Shown here piece by piece: positions 47,517 to 59,078 of a DNA stretch of 64,000 nt. Each line of letters opens with the position of its first letter. Position 1 is the first letter of the stretch. The notes under the pieces were generated by a model. The model saw only the letters and a list, made by a program, of their open reading frames with translations, was not told where the DNA came from and did no database searches. Location of the stretch: the NCBI GenBank assembly GCA_945865905.1, contig CAMBFC010000002.1:28333-92332 (forward strand). Direction: 5' to 3'. Origin of the DNA: Rickettsia typhi. GTDB taxonomy: Bacteria; Pseudomonadota; Alphaproteobacteria; Rickettsiales; UBA1997. The translations under genes were made by a program, and so were the position numbers.

Positions 47517-47927
47517 CAAAATTTTAATTTTTTCTGCGATTTTTTTTGGCTTAAAACTTTCAACATCAACACTTACAATCTCAACCTTTAAGCGCGCTAA
47601 CACAACTTTGTTTTTTTGCATTTCTTGCCTCATTACAATTGAAGCGGCGTTAATTTCTTCTGCCACGACCGTAACTTCTACCAAATCATCCAAACGCGCT
47701 GGCCTTAGATAATCAAGCTCGCAACGCCGCACCACAAAAGCAGTTTTTTCTTTTTCGATTAGTTCATGCTGCGAGATTTCTAGATTGCGCAAAAAATCTG
47801 TGCGGGCGCGTTCAAAAAATTTTAGGTAATTTGCGTAATACATTACGCCACCAGCATCGGTATCTTCATAGTAAACACGGTATTGCGCGAAGAAATTTGC
47901 TGCTGATTTTTTGCTTAGATTATTCAT
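47511..47927 (-). CDS. ybgC: YbgC/4HBT-family acyl-CoA thioesterase
   Basis: YRVYYEDTDAGGVMYYANYLKFFERARTDFLR (hotdog-fold catalytic Asp motif); 138 aa. Confidence 0.85.
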   Translation of the reverse strand: MNNLSKKSAANFFAQYRVYYEDTDAGGVMYYANYLKFFERARTDFLRNLEISQHELIEKEKTAFVVRRCELDYLRPARLDDLVEVTVVAEEINAASIVMRQEMQKNKVVLARLKVEIVSVDVESFKPKKIAEKIKILL

Positions 47928-47951
47928 AAATTATTTTTGACAAATTCTGAA

Positions 47952-48374
47952 TTATTTGACTTCAACATAACAATTTGGCGTTTCATAAAGTTTAATCGCC
48001 ACACATTTTACATTTTTGCCCATGAATAATTTTGGACAAACTATTTTTAATAAAAACTTGGCGATGTTTTCGGCCGTAGGGTTTTCATCAAGATAAAAAA
48101 TATTTTGTCCGGTCTCGGCGGCGATTTTTTCTCCTAATTTTTTATCATATTGCGATAGAATTGTATTGTGATCAAAATTATCATCGATCCACGAGCCCAA
48201 TATTTGCCTAATCTCACCAAAGTCGATTACTCTTCCCAAATCATCTAAATCATCAGCTTCAAAACTTGCTTCTAAAGCATAGCGATGCCCGTGCAACATT
48301 TTACATTTGCTCTCGTGATTGAGAATGCGATGCGCGGTGTCAAATTCAATTCTTCTAGTGCAAGTAATATTCAT
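47952..48374 (-). CDS. queD: 6-carboxy-5,6,7,8-tetrahydropterin synthase
   Basis: FDTAHRI...SKCKMLHGHRY (the Cys...HxH zinc/catalytic motif of QueD/PTPS); 140 aa. Confidence 0.88.
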   Translation of the reverse strand: MNITCTRRIEFDTAHRILNHESKCKMLHGHRYALEASFEADDLDDLGRVIDFGEIRQILGSWIDDNFDHNTILSQYDKKLGEKIAAETGQNIFYLDENPTAENIAKFLLKIVCPKLFMGKNVKCVAIKLYETPNCYVEVK

Positions 48375-48445
48375 TGGTAAAATTATTTATTAAAATTTTA
48401 TTTATAACATGGCGCCAATAAGTTATTCTATTGGCCAAATCAGTA

Positions 48446-49405
48446 TTACAATAATCTAAAAATCATACTCGCCGCAAGTTTTGCGGTGCGCAAATCAATA
48501 TCAAATTTTGGATTTAACTCTGCAAAATCAATGCCTATAAATTTTTTCGATTTTGTAATTTGATCAAAAATCGTCATAAAAATATGATCGGGCACAATGC
48601 CATTATATGAAGTAGCACTTACTCCGGGAGCATAAGCAGCCGCAAACGCATCCATGCAAATCGTTAAATAAACATGATCAACTGAATCAATAAATTTTGC
48701 AATTTTATGGGTGTTATTTTGTTTTTCGTCATAGTGAAGCTGGTCACCCAAAATATATTCTACACCAAATTTTTCTGCTTCATCAAATAATAATTTTGTA
48801 TTGCCATATCTTTGAACACCTACAGCCAAGCAGTTAAAATGATGGTTATTTTGTTTTGCTTCAGTGGCAATTTGCCAAACACTTGTGCCAGAAGTTGCGC
48901 CAATATTTTTATCAATTGGACGCAAATCAAAATGTGCATCAACATTTATAATGCCAATTTTTTTGCTTTTGCTCACAAAATTATGCAAGCCCATATAATG
49001 TCCATAAGTTACATCATGACCTCCTCCAAGCACGATTGGCATGCATCCAGCCGCTAGAACTTTTTCTACATAAAAGGCTAATTCTACTTGCGCTTTCTCT
49101 AAATTATTTTCTTCACAAGAAATAACGCCACCATGAAATAATTCAATATTATCAAAATGCACTGGCAAATTTGCCATCACCTGAGCAATTGATTGATTAC
49201 CTTGCGAGGCTCCTACTCTGCCTTGATTTCTACGCACACCTTCATCTGTGGCAAAAGCTAAAAATACAAATCCTTTGTGATTTTTTGTAAGAGAAATTTT
49301 ATCGTTATTGAGATCGATACACTTGATCACTTGATGCCAGCGCAGCACATCAGCACTGGTTCCATCGATACGACCGATAATTGGTAAAAATGTTGCGTAA
49401 GTCAT
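48446..49405 (-). CDS. hutG: formimidoylglutamase (arginase superfamily)
   Basis: ATDEGVRRNQGRVGA, GGGHDVTY, INVDAHFDLR, TICMDAF. Position at the end of the hut operon. Confidence 0.8.
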   Translation of the reverse strand: MTYATFLPIIGRIDGTSADVLRWHQVIKCIDLNNDKISLTKNHKGFVFLAFATDEGVRRNQGRVGASQGNQSIAQVMANLPVHFDNIELFHGGVISCEENNLEKAQVELAFYVEKVLAAGCMPIVLGGGHDVTYGHYMGLHNFVSKSKKIGIINVDAHFDLRPIDKNIGATSGTSVWQIATEAKQNNHHFNCLAVGVQRYGNTKLLFDEAEKFGVEYILGDQLHYDEKQNNTHKIAKFIDSVDHVYLTICMDAFAAAYAPGVSATSYNGIVPDHIFMTIFDQITKSKKFIGIDFAELNPKFDIDLRTAKLAASMIFRLL

Positions 49406-49408
49406 AAA

Positions 49409-50656
49409 TTAATTTTTAAATTTTTCGCCATTTTTATAAACTGCGAACGGTTTTATTTTTCCTTGGTTATATAAAATTTTCTTATAATTATCGAGCGGAT
49501 ATAATTGAAAATCTGCTAATTTTCCTTTTTCAATAATGCCGCGATCGCTTAATTTTAAAGCTTTTGCAGCACGAAATGTTAATGCGGCAAAAACTTCTGC
49601 AGCAGAAAGTTTTTCATAAATTCCAAACATTGCCGCTTGCGTGAGAAGATCTCCCATCGGCGCCGATCCTGGGTTCCAGTCAGATGCGATAGCAAGAATT
49701 GCGCCAGCATCAAGCAATTTTCGCGCTGGCGTCATGTGATAAATTCCGAGTCCATATGATGATCCGGGTAAAGCCACGGCAACGGTATTTGAGCGAGATA
49801 ACGCCGCTATTTCTGCATCAGAAGAAACTTCTAAATGATCGGCAGAAACTGCATTAAATTCAACCGCCAAACTTGATCCACTTGTTGAAAATTGATCAGC
49901 GTGAATTGTAATATCGAAATTCATTGCCTGCGCTTGCGTTAAGTATTCGCGCGCCTCTGCAGCAGAGAATGCACTCTGCTCAACAAAAATATCAACTCTA
50001 TTCGCAAGTTTTTCTGCGAGCAAAATTGGAAATAATTCTTGAGAAATTTGTTGCAAATATTCAACAGCAGAACCGCTGAAATCTTTTGGTTTCATATGTG
50101 CAGCGAGACAAGTAGGAATTAAATCTACTTGCGCATTTTGCTTGCTAGGCTGCCCAGCTAGCTTAATTGCGCGCAACATTTTTATTTCTTCAGCAACGCT
50201 TAAGCCATAACCGCTTTTTACTTCAATGGTTGTAATACCATCTGCAAGATGTCTTGCGGCACGCGAGGCCGTAAGTTTTGCAAGCTCTTCTAATGAAGCT
50301 TCGCGAGTTTTTTGCACCGTGCTCCAAATTCCACCACCACTTTGCGCGATTTCTAAATATGACTTGCCAGAACTGCGCAGGGCGTAGTCGTTGGCACGAT
50401 CTCCTGCAAAACAAATGTGAGTATGTGCGTCGATAAATCCAGGTAGAGCAACGGCTTCTTGCTCAATCAAATTAACAACACTATCTGGATATTTTTTACG
50501 CAAAAAATCAAAATCACCAAAATCAAAAATCAGTGAATCTTTAATAATAATTGCTGCATTCGATAAAATTTCTAATTTTTCATTGGCAATAGAGCCGCGC
50601 AGATCTAGATTGCGCATTGTTACTAATTGCGAAAATGGTCCAATTAATTTCATCAT
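49409..50656 (-). CDS. hutI: imidazolonepropionase
   Basis: [37 protein letters not shown]. Confidence 0.9.
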   Translation of the reverse strand: MMKLIGPFSQLVTMRNLDLRGSIANEKLEILSNAAIIIKDSLIFDFGDFDFLRKKYPDSVVNLIEQEAVALPGFIDAHTHICFAGDRANDYALRSSGKSYLEIAQSGGGIWSTVQKTREASLEELAKLTASRAARHLADGITTIEVKSGYGLSVAEEIKMLRAIKLAGQPSKQNAQVDLIPTCLAAHMKPKDFSGSAVEYLQQISQELFPILLAEKLANRVDIFVEQSAFSAAEAREYLTQAQAMNFDITIHADQFSTSGSSLAVEFNAVSADHLEVSSDAEIAALSRSNTVAVALPGSSYGLGIYHMTPARKLLDAGAILAIASDWNPGSAPMGDLLTQAAMFGIYEKLSAAEVFAALTFRAAKALKLSDRGIIEKGKLADFQLYPLDNYKKILYNQGKIKPFAVYKNGEKFKN

Positions 50657-52323
50657 AAATTTAATCCAAATTTATCTGCGCATTTTTCTGCAATTGGATA
50701 AGCTGCATCCTTATGACGAAAAACTCCCATCGCAGGATCATTATATAAAACTCTGCGCAAGCATGATTCTGCACGCTCGGTGCCATCAGCCACCACCACC
50801 ATTCCTGCATGTTGCGAATAGCCAATCCCCACTCCACCACCATGATGAAAAGAAACCCAAGTCGCGCCACCAGCGGTGTTCGACAATAAATTTAACAATG
50901 CCCAATCTGAAACTGCATCCGAACCATCTTTCATTTTTTCTGTTTCGCGATTTGGAGAAGCCACCGAGCCGCAATCCAAGTGATCTCGCCCAATTACAAT
51001 TGGCGCTTTTACTTTTCCAGTTTTCACTAAATCATTAAAAATTAATCCCGCTTTTTCACGATCACCCATGCCAAGCCAGCAAATTCGTGCTGGCAAGCCT
51101 TGGAAGGCAATTTTATTTCTTGCACGAGAAAGCCAATTACACAAATCAACATTGTCGGAGAAGGCTTCCATCAAGGCTCTATCGGTGGTATAAATATCTT
51201 CAGGATCACCAGAAAGTGCCACCCAGCGAAATGGCCCCATGCCCTCACAAAATAAATCGCGAATATATTCTGGCACAAATCCATGAAAATCATAAGCGTT
51301 TTTTTCACCGCCAATTTTTGCAAATTCGCGAATATTGTTACCATAGTCAAACACTACAGCGCCAAGCTTTTTCATCTGTAACATAAAAGTTACATGACGC
51401 GCCATACTCGCAATTGCTAATTCTTTATGCTGCGCAGGATTAGATTTGCGAAGCTCGAGAGACTGCGCCAGAGTAATGCTGTGCGGCACATAGCCACAAA
51501 TCGGATCATGCGCCGAAGTTTGATCGGTAAGAATATCTGGCATGATGCCATCCTTGATCATCCGCTCTAGCACTGTTCCCGCATCACCTACCAAACCAAC
51601 AGAAATTGCTTCGCCCTTGCCTTTCGCATCCAAAATCCACTTCATCGCTTCTTCATAATCAGCGGTCATTTTATCAATATATTTTGTATCGATGCGCTTT
51701 TGAATTGAAGCAGGATTTATATCGATTCCCAAGAAAGTTGCGCCCGCCAAAGTAGCCGCCAATGGCTGCGCGCCACCCATTCCACCCATTCCACCAGAAA
51801 CAATTAATTTGCCTTGCAAATTTCCGCCAAAATGTTTTTTTCCGCAAGCCACAAATGTTTCATAGGTGCCTTGCAAAATGCCCTGCGAACCGATATAAAT
51901 CCAGCTTCCCGCCGTCATTTGTCCATACATCATCAAGCCTTTATCGCGCAAATCGTTAAAGTGCTCGAGCGTTGCCCAGTGCGGCACAAGGTTGCTATTA
52001 GCAATCAAAACTCGCGGCGCTTGATCATGCGTGCGCACGATGCCAACCGGCTTGCCAGACTGCACCAACAAAGATTGATCACTTTCCAATTCCAACAAAA
52101 CTTTAATAATTTTTTGCAGCGATTCTACATTGCGCGCCGCTTGACCATCTCCACCATAAACCACCAATTTCTCAGGATTTTCTGCAACTTCACGATCAAG
52201 ATTATTCAATAACATTCGCAACGGCGCTTCTGTCGCCCAAGATTTTGCGTTTAATTCACTGCCTCGCGGAGCCTTATAATTAGGGTGTGCAGCATATTTA
52301 TTGATAAATTCTTGATAGTTCAT
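50653..52323 (-). CDS. hutU: urocanate hydratase
   Basis: [12 protein letters not shown]..., [46 protein letters not shown]. Confidence 0.95.
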   Translation of the reverse strand: MNYQEFINKYAAHPNYKAPRGSELNAKSWATEAPLRMLLNNLDREVAENPEKLVVYGGDGQAARNVESLQKIIKVLLELESDQSLLVQSGKPVGIVRTHDQAPRVLIANSNLVPHWATLEHFNDLRDKGLMMYGQMTAGSWIYIGSQGILQGTYETFVACGKKHFGGNLQGKLIVSGGMGGMGGAQPLAATLAGATFLGIDINPASIQKRIDTKYIDKMTADYEEAMKWILDAKGKGEAISVGLVGDAGTVLERMIKDGIMPDILTDQTSAHDPICGYVPHSITLAQSLELRKSNPAQHKELAIASMARHVTFMLQMKKLGAVVFDYGNNIREFAKIGGEKNAYDFHGFVPEYIRDLFCEGMGPFRWVALSGDPEDIYTTDRALMEAFSDNVDLCNWLSRARNKIAFQGLPARICWLGMGDREKAGLIFNDLVKTGKVKAPIVIGRDHLDCGSVASPNRETEKMKDGSDAVSDWALLNLLSNTAGGATWVSFHHGGGVGIGYSQHAGMVVVADGTERAESCLRRVLYNDPAMGVFRHKDAAYPIAEKCADKFGLNL

Positions 52324-52408
52324 AAATTGTGAAATTAAAAAATTCTATTATCAAAAATTTGAAGAAATATTTTTGATAACATAAAGAAAAAAATTTATAA
52401 CAAAAAAA

Positions 52409-53953
52409 TTACAAAATAAAATCTTGGTAATTTTCATTAAATTGTTGTGCTATTTTTTGCAATTTAAATGAAGTCACCAAACCGTGCAAAGCATTGATAT
52501 CATGATATAAAGTGGTATCATGTTTTTTAAATTCAACAAGATCTCTCACCATTTTTTGCGCTTTTTCTAACACTGCAGAAGAACGCTCTGGCCTTCTAAA
52601 TTCAAGCGCTTGCGAGGCATACATTAATTCTATCGCTTGAATATATTCTAAATTATCTAACACCATATTAAACTTGCGCCCACTAATAGAGCCCATCGAG
52701 ACATGATCTTCTTGCCCCAAAGAAGTTGGAATGCTATCAGCGCTCGCAGGAAAACATAAAGATTTATTCTCTGAAACCAGCGCCGCTGTAGTATATTGCG
52801 GAATCATAAAACCAGAATTCAACCCCGCATCTTCTAACAAAAATGCCGGCAAACCATATTTTTTTCCTTCCAACATTAAATAGCAGCGACGATCTGCCAC
52901 ATTACCCAACTCTGCAGCCGCAAGGGTTGCGTAATCTAGCGCCATAGCAATTGGTTGACCATGAAATCCACCGCCACTGATAATTTCATTTTCGTTTAAA
53001 ACAATCGGATTATCGGTTACAGAATTTAATTCGATCTCAATTGTTTCTTTGACATGAAGCCAAGCATTTCTAGATGCGCCATGAATTTGCGGAATGCAAC
53101 GCAGCGAATATGGATCTTGCACTCTTGCGCAATCATGATGCGCAGAATTTATTTTTGAGCCGCGAATTAACGCCGACATTCTCTGCGCCACCAACTTATT
53201 TCCTGCAAAAGGACGAATCTCGTGAAGCCTTGCATCAAAAGGCTTTGTCGAGCTTGCCGTCGCATCTAAAGTCATCGCCGCAATAATATCAGCCTGCTCT
53301 AACAAATGATGAAAACGATATAGACCAAGGGCACCAAAACTCGCCATAAATTGCGTGCCGTTAATCAAAGCAAGACCTTCCTTCGGCCCCAGCGTTAAAG
53401 GCGCGATATTATTTTTCTTGAAAAAATCTGCCGTCTGCCATTTTTTACCTTTCACAATAATTTCACCAAGACCAATCAAAGGTAAAAATAAATGCGACAA
53501 TGGCGCTAAGTCTCCCGAAGCCCCAACAGAGCCCTTTTGCGGCACAATTGGAATTATATCTTCAGCGATATGCCACAAAATTCTTTGCACAGTTTCAACC
53601 GCAACGCCCGAATATCCTTGCGCCAAAGCATGTGCTTTTGTGATTAACATTAACTTAGAAACTTTTTGTGAAATCGCTTCACCAACACCAACAGAGTGAC
53701 TTTTTAATAAATTTGCCTGCAACTCGCTAGTATCTTTTGCCGAAATTATTTTATCACATAACACGCCAAAGCCAGTATTTACGCCATAAACCACGCGCTC
53801 ATCTTTTACAACTTTATCTACACAATTTTTTGATTTTTGAACTTTTGCAACAGCTTCATCTGAAAATTTTAGTGCAATTTCACCGTCTAAAATTTTAAAT
53901 AATTTGCCAATTGATAAATATTCACAGCCGAGTGAAAAAAAAGTTTTTGTCAT
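52409..53953 (-). CDS. hutH: histidine ammonia-lyase
   Basis: YGVNTGFG and the MIO-forming GSVGASGDLAPLSHL, plus QEDHVSMG. Confidence 0.93.
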   Translation of the reverse strand: MTKTFFSLGCEYLSIGKLFKILDGEIALKFSDEAVAKVQKSKNCVDKVVKDERVVYGVNTGFGVLCDKIISAKDTSELQANLLKSHSVGVGEAISQKVSKLMLITKAHALAQGYSGVAVETVQRILWHIAEDIIPIVPQKGSVGASGDLAPLSHLFLPLIGLGEIIVKGKKWQTADFFKKNNIAPLTLGPKEGLALINGTQFMASFGALGLYRFHHLLEQADIIAAMTLDATASSTKPFDARLHEIRPFAGNKLVAQRMSALIRGSKINSAHHDCARVQDPYSLRCIPQIHGASRNAWLHVKETIEIELNSVTDNPIVLNENEIISGGGFHGQPIAMALDYATLAAAELGNVADRRCYLMLEGKKYGLPAFLLEDAGLNSGFMIPQYTTAALVSENKSLCFPASADSIPTSLGQEDHVSMGSISGRKFNMVLDNLEYIQAIELMYASQALEFRRPERSSAVLEKAQKMVRDLVEFKKHDTTLYHDINALHGLVTSFKLQKIAQQFNENYQDFIL

Positions 53954-54031
53954 AATTATTTATGTAAATTTTATCCCAGATTAGTCAATAATTTTTGCCC
54001 AATCCAAGAGATACTACAAAAGAGCTCTCCC

Positions 54032-54772
54032 CTAATAATCCACACCTAAAAAATAAAGTCCACAAGCAGGCGCATTTGGACCAGAATTCTTACGATCACG
54101 ACTTTCCAAAATTATCAACATATCATCGACTGCAATCCTCTTTGAGCCAACCCACGAAAGGGTTCCTATGATATTTCTAACCATGTGGTGCAAAAATGAC
54201 TTGGCCGATATTTCGATAATAACTTGTTCGCCTTTTTGCTCAATAGTAAGCTTGGTGACAGTTTTAATCGGCGATTTTGATTGACATTCCGCATCTCGAA
54301 AAGCTGAAAAATCGAAAGAACCAACAAGATAATTTGCTGCCAATTGCATCGCCACAACATCAAGCGGCAATGGCACATGCCAAGCCCGATTCTTATCTAG
54401 AGCCAATTGCGTTCTGCGGTTAACAATAACATAGCGATAATGACGCATTTTTGCATCAAAACGACTGTTAAAATTATCAGCAACAATCTCACAGCCAAGC
54501 ACCACAACATTAGTTAAAAGCAAGTGATTATTGAGCCCAGCCATCATACGAAAAGCATCAAATTCTTTGCTAATAGCAAAATCTGCAACTTGCGCAATAG
54601 CGTGCACGCCAGCATCAGTGCGCCCAGAGCCAATTATTTTTGTTTGCTCACCCGTCATCTGAAAAATGGCTTTTTCTAAAATTTCTTCAATCGACTTATC
54701 GATCTGATCAGGCTGTTTCTGCCATCCAACATAATTGGTGCCATCATATTCAATCGTAATTTTGTAGCGCAT
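54032..54772 (-). CDS. truA: tRNA pseudouridine(38-40) synthase
   Basis: RYKITIEYDGTNYVGWQKQ and GSGRTDAGVHA (catalytic Asp). Confidence 0.92.
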   Translation of the reverse strand: MRYKITIEYDGTNYVGWQKQPDQIDKSIEEILEKAIFQMTGEQTKIIGSGRTDAGVHAIAQVADFAISKEFDAFRMMAGLNNHLLLTNVVVLGCEIVADNFNSRFDAKMRHYRYVIVNRRTQLALDKNRAWHVPLPLDVVAMQLAANYLVGSFDFSAFRDAECQSKSPIKTVTKLTIEQKGEQVIIEISAKSFLHHMVRNIIGTLSWVGSKRIAVDDMLIILESRDRKNSGPNAPACGLYFLGVDY

Positions 54773-54774
54773 AT

Positions 54775-57681
54775 TTAAAAAATCCTCGCTAAATGTGAAT
54801 ATTCATTTCTAGAATCAAAGTTAGCAAAATAACCATTTTGCTCATCATCAAAATAGTCAAAAAGCCTCTCTAATCCCGCCTTAGCGGCCGCAATCATAGC
54901 AACCACCTCTTCATTATTTTTTGTAATCGATTTAATTTCTGATTCACTAAAGGATGATAATTTCCAATAATTTAAAGCACGAATTTTTTGCTCTGAAATA
55001 TTTTTTATATCACAATTTTCAATCATACCTAAAGATACCATGAGCACAGATATAGCAAGCTGCGGCTGCGCTCCAGAATTTAGTTCACGCGAAGTTGGAA
55101 TTTGCCCAGTTTTATAATCAAATATTTCCACCTCACCATTTTCAAAAAATGAAACACGGTCAATTTTTCCAGTTAATAAAATATCTTTTATCATCATCTT
55201 AACCGGCACCTCAACATAGTTTTTGCAAGCCTCTACAGCATTATTGTCATCAATAAAATTCTTAAAAATATTTTCAAATTTTGGCCACCAAATTAATTTT
55301 GATTCTTCGCTAATAAAATATTGTGCAAAAATTTCTTGTGCTTTTTTTATAAAATTTTCTTGCTGTTGCGGATTTTTAACAAACTCTTCTAGAGCCTTAT
55401 GCACAAAGCTTCCAAACTCTTTATATTCTGGCTCATAATCAATTTTGTTAAGCTCTTGCAACTGCAAGATTTTGCGCGCATAAATTTGATATGGATTAGA
55501 AAGCAATTTAGAAATATCTGTAATCGCAAGTTTTTTTGGACGAAATTTTTGCAGCGGTTTTGGCGCCAAAATATCCTGAGAAGGCCTAAGCTTAGAAGCC
55601 TCTTTGCTATTCAATAATGAGGCATCAGCAGAAACTTTTATAGCAAATTTTTTACACAAAATTTCAAAACGCAAAACAAATGGCGAAGCAATTGCGGGAA
55701 CGCCATTTTTAGTTTTAGAGCGACTTAAAATTACCGATTGATTCGATAAATAATTACAAAAATCATAAGCATTTTGTCCAACTTTTTTTGATACTAAGTC
55801 AATGCCCAAATCGCTCCTGATCTTTCTTCCCAACCAATTTTCACTTTCAATTTGTGGAAAATTTCCATAATTTAGTGAAGCTAAAATCAGCAAATCAAAG
55901 TTGAGCAAACGCGCTTCGATTGGTGATAAAATTTGTATCGGCGCAATCGCATCCGACTTTTCAAAATAACTAATTTGCGCAAATAAATGCTGAAAAAATA
56001 ATAAAGAATCTCTGGTGTTAATTGTAAAATCTTGCACAGATTTTAATTTTTCAAAAAGCTGCAAAAGCTCTTCTGAAGAGCCTTCTAAAGCAACAAGATC
56101 AGAAAAAGTTTTTTTAGTAAAATTCTCCACCGCCTTTATCAATGCAGAAATATAGCTAAATAAATCAACCTCACCTTCAATATTTATAAACCCAGAAATA
56201 TCTTGTAAAAAACCTATAAAAAAGTTTTGCAATTCTTCATTCTGAGATTCAGAATTTTGCAATCCTAATTTTTTATCACGCAATTCTTGCGACTCTTTTT
56301 GTGATTTTAATTTTATTTTAATACCTTCCAAACCATCTTGAGACCTTTGTTCGCGCAATATTTTAATTTCAAAATCTATTACATTTTTATCACCAAGATA
56401 GGATGAATAACCATGCTTTAAAAGCGCCAATAAAGATGCTGATTCAAAATTATTGTCACGCAGCTCAAGCAATAACAAAATTAAATTAGTCAGCTTGCTA
56501 CTAGATAAATCAAGGCTTCGCGCATCATTAAATTCTAAAGAGAATTTTTCTAACTCAACTTTTAATAGCTCAACAAATTTTTTATCACCAGAAATTATCG
56601 CTATTTTTTTATTATCCAAATATGCTTTAGAAGCAATAACAGCAAGACTTCTTGCCTCCTCAACTTCATTTTGCGCCTCAAGATAAGAAAAGTTTTTTTC
56701 AAAATCAGCAGCAATTTTTGGCAACTCTATTTTTGTCGCGAGCCCTTGCCATTGATTGGTTTGCGCACTTGGCAACATCAAAAATGATAAAAAATCTAGC
56801 CGCGATTCATCGCAAATTTTGAATTTTTCAACAGCGATTTCCTTAATCTCGCCCGCACCAACATTCATTGATTTAAGAAGTTCGCGCAAGATTGATTGTG
56901 GATGAGTTTCGTCAGCAACCTCACCAGCCAAATCCCCTCGCCTCAATCCATATAAGACTGCATAGCCATTTTTATCCCCCGCAATAGCCTTAATTAATCG
57001 CTTGCTATAATTCACACTTCCAGTCGATCCCGCAATCACCAAAGGAGACTTTAATCCTTGACTATCAATACTTTCGGCCAATTTATTAATAACAAAATTC
57101 TGATATCCAACATGCGACAAAACATTATTTTTTAACACCGAATTTCGCACTCGCAAATAAAATTTCTTTAAAAAATCGAGTGTAAATTGACGATGCGCCG
57201 CAAGATTAGAATCATCAATTTCATATAATAAACTCAAATCAATTTCTTGCCTTTCAATATCATCAAATAAATTTTTTAACTGCGTGGCAATGCTCAAAGC
57301 CTGACTAAAAGATATATTCTCACCAAAAACTTTTGTCTTAATTATTTCATTGCTTAAGAAAAATAAATAATCAAAACCATCTAGAAGCTTGATTTTAAAG
57401 AGCTCATCAATAATAGAATTTATCTGCTGTCTTGGAAATGAATCTAAAAAATCATCATAAGAAATATCACCCACCGCTTTAACCTTAGGAGCCAGAGCAT
57501 CAGAACCAAACTTATCAACAAAAATATTTTGAAATTCACGACAGGCGCGACGGTTGGGAAACAAAATTTTTATATCACTGATCTTGTTGCCAAAATTAAT
57601 GTTCAGCCAATCAATCAGCGAGTCAAAAAAGTGATAATTTGACGGAATATTAAAAATGTTAGGCTTAAAAGCTTGAGTCAT
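54775..57681 (-). CDS. addB: double-strand break repair protein AddB (alphaproteobacterial type)
   Basis: 968 aa. C-terminal PD-(D/E)xK nuclease motif GKIDRV...EIFDYKTG. Overall layout matches alpha-type AddB. No addA gene is adjacent. Confidence 0.8.
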   Translation of the reverse strand: MTQAFKPNIFNIPSNYHFFDSLIDWLNINFGNKISDIKILFPNRRACREFQNIFVDKFGSDALAPKVKAVGDISYDDFLDSFPRQQINSIIDELFKIKLLDGFDYLFFLSNEIIKTKVFGENISFSQALSIATQLKNLFDDIERQEIDLSLLYEIDDSNLAAHRQFTLDFLKKFYLRVRNSVLKNNVLSHVGYQNFVINKLAESIDSQGLKSPLVIAGSTGSVNYSKRLIKAIAGDKNGYAVLYGLRRGDLAGEVADETHPQSILRELLKSMNVGAGEIKEIAVEKFKICDESRLDFLSFLMLPSAQTNQWQGLATKIELPKIAADFEKNFSYLEAQNEVEEARSLAVIASKAYLDNKKIAIISGDKKFVELLKVELEKFSLEFNDARSLDLSSSKLTNLILLLLELRDNNFESASLLALLKHGYSSYLGDKNVIDFEIKILREQRSQDGLEGIKIKLKSQKESQELRDKKLGLQNSESQNEELQNFFIGFLQDISGFINIEGEVDLFSYISALIKAVENFTKKTFSDLVALEGSSEELLQLFEKLKSVQDFTINTRDSLLFFQHLFAQISYFEKSDAIAPIQILSPIEARLLNFDLLILASLNYGNFPQIESENWLGRKIRSDLGIDLVSKKVGQNAYDFCNYLSNQSVILSRSKTKNGVPAIASPFVLRFEILCKKFAIKVSADASLLNSKEASKLRPSQDILAPKPLQKFRPKKLAITDISKLLSNPYQIYARKILQLQELNKIDYEPEYKEFGSFVHKALEEFVKNPQQQENFIKKAQEIFAQYFISEESKLIWWPKFENIFKNFIDDNNAVEACKNYVEVPVKMMIKDILLTGKIDRVSFFENGEVEIFDYKTGQIPTSRELNSGAQPQLAISVLMVSLGMIENCDIKNISEQKIRALNYWKLSSFSESEIKSITKNNEEVVAMIAAAKAGLERLFDYFDDEQNGYFANFDSRNEYSHLARIF

Positions 57682-57762
57682 TGGATAAATGTTGTAACTT
57701 CATACAAAAAGGCATAAGCTAATGCTATAACATTTATCCACAAATTAACAGATTTTTCGCAA

Positions 57763-59067
57763 ATGAAAATAATAGTCATGGGCGCAGGCGTAGTCGGGGT
57801 TACAACCGCTTATTTCTTAGCAAAATCAGGTCATCAGGTTATAGTTTTAGAAAAAAACGCCGCTTCTGGCCTTGGATGCTCTTACGCCAATGGCGGCCAA
57901 CTTAGCTATTCTCACATTGATCCTTGGGCTTCAAAATCAGCATTAAAAATGATCGCAAAATCGATCATTAATCCCAATTCATTTTTATCGATCAAAAAAT
58001 TTGCCAATAAAGATTTTCTCAAATGGGGTTACTCTTTTTTAAAAAATTGTAACGAAGAAAAATTTCTCACTAACAGCAAAAAATTATTCAGCCTCGGAAA
58101 ATACAGCAGAAAAACATTAGCCGAAATTCTAAGCAACGAACCAAGCATCAAATTCAATTACAACGAAAACGGCATTTTGCATTTTTATCAAAACGCCAAA
58201 GCATTTGAAGTGGCCATAAAAAACGCAGAAGAGCAGCAATCTCTTGGTATTAAGCTTCATATTTTAAATCGCGATGAGTGTCTAAAAAAAGAACCAACCC
58301 TTGTTAAGCTTTACGATGAAAATAAATTGCTTGGTGGAATTTTTTACGATGATGATGCTAGTGGCAACAGTCTTTTGTTCACTAAATCACTCGAAAAAAT
58401 CTGCCAAGAAAAATATGGCGTAATTTTTGAATATAGCGCTGAAATAAAAAATATTTTTACCAATTACAGCAAAATCACCGGCATCAATACTAACCGCGGC
58501 GTTTTTACTGCCGATAAATATATCTATGCCCTAGGAGCCTACGGAGACAAGCTTTTGAAGGGAGTTAAAATTGATCCAAGAATCTATCCGCTTAAAGGTC
58601 ACAGCCTTTCAATTGAAGCAAATGAAGAATTCATCGCCCCTGCAATAGCTCTCACCGATTCTGAAAATAAAATAGTTTATAGCCGAATCGGTGATATCTT
58701 CAGAGCAGCAGGAGCGGTTGAAATTGGTGGCGCCAAAACTAGCAAAAACAATAGCCAAATTAATTTTATTAAATCAAAAATAAAATCAAGTTTTTCTGAT
58801 TTTGGCAATGTCAATAAAGCGCAAGAATGGTTTGGATTTAGACCATTTCGCCCTAATTCAATTCCACTGATTGGTGAAGTAACAAGCTATGGCAATCTCT
58901 TACTAAACACTGGGCACGGACATCTAGGATGGACTCTATCTTTTGGTTCAGCAAAAATTTTATCTGATTTAATTAACGGAGAAGCAGCAAGAGAATTTGC
59001 GTTTTTAGCAGAAGAATTTGATAGCGTTTACTCCGATCAAAACCTTAATTCACAAGGACAGAATTAA
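57763..59067 (+). CDS. dadA: D-amino-acid dehydrogenase-like FAD oxidoreductase
   Basis: MKIIVMGAGVVGVTTAYFLAKSGHQVIVLE, YPLKGHSLSI, FRPFRPNSIPLIG, NTGHGHLGWT. Aligns by eye with E. coli DadA. Confidence 0.8.
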   Translation: MKIIVMGAGVVGVTTAYFLAKSGHQVIVLEKNAASGLGCSYANGGQLSYSHIDPWASKSALKMIAKSIINPNSFLSIKKFANKDFLKWGYSFLKNCNEEKFLTNSKKLFSLGKYSRKTLAEILSNEPSIKFNYNENGILHFYQNAKAFEVAIKNAEEQQSLGIKLHILNRDECLKKEPTLVKLYDENKLLGGIFYDDDASGNSLLFTKSLEKICQEKYGVIFEYSAEIKNIFTNYSKITGINTNRGVFTADKYIYALGAYGDKLLKGVKIDPRIYPLKGHSLSIEANEEFIAPAIALTDSENKIVYSRIGDIFRAAGAVEIGGAKTSKNNSQINFIKSKIKSSFSDFGNVNKAQEWFGFRPFRPNSIPLIGEVTSYGNLLLNTGHGHLGWTLSFGSAKILSDLINGEAAREFAFLAEEFDSVYSDQNLNSQGQN

Positions 59068-59078
59068 AAGCAATAAAA

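Noticed and set aside
48446-53953. The hut operon as a horizontally acquired island, because it looks more G+C-rich than its surroundings.
   Set aside because: Highly conserved enzymes (HutU, HutH) are usually more G+C-rich than average in AT-rich genomes. There are no flanking mobility genes, tRNA-associated junctions or repeats, and I did not compute composition.
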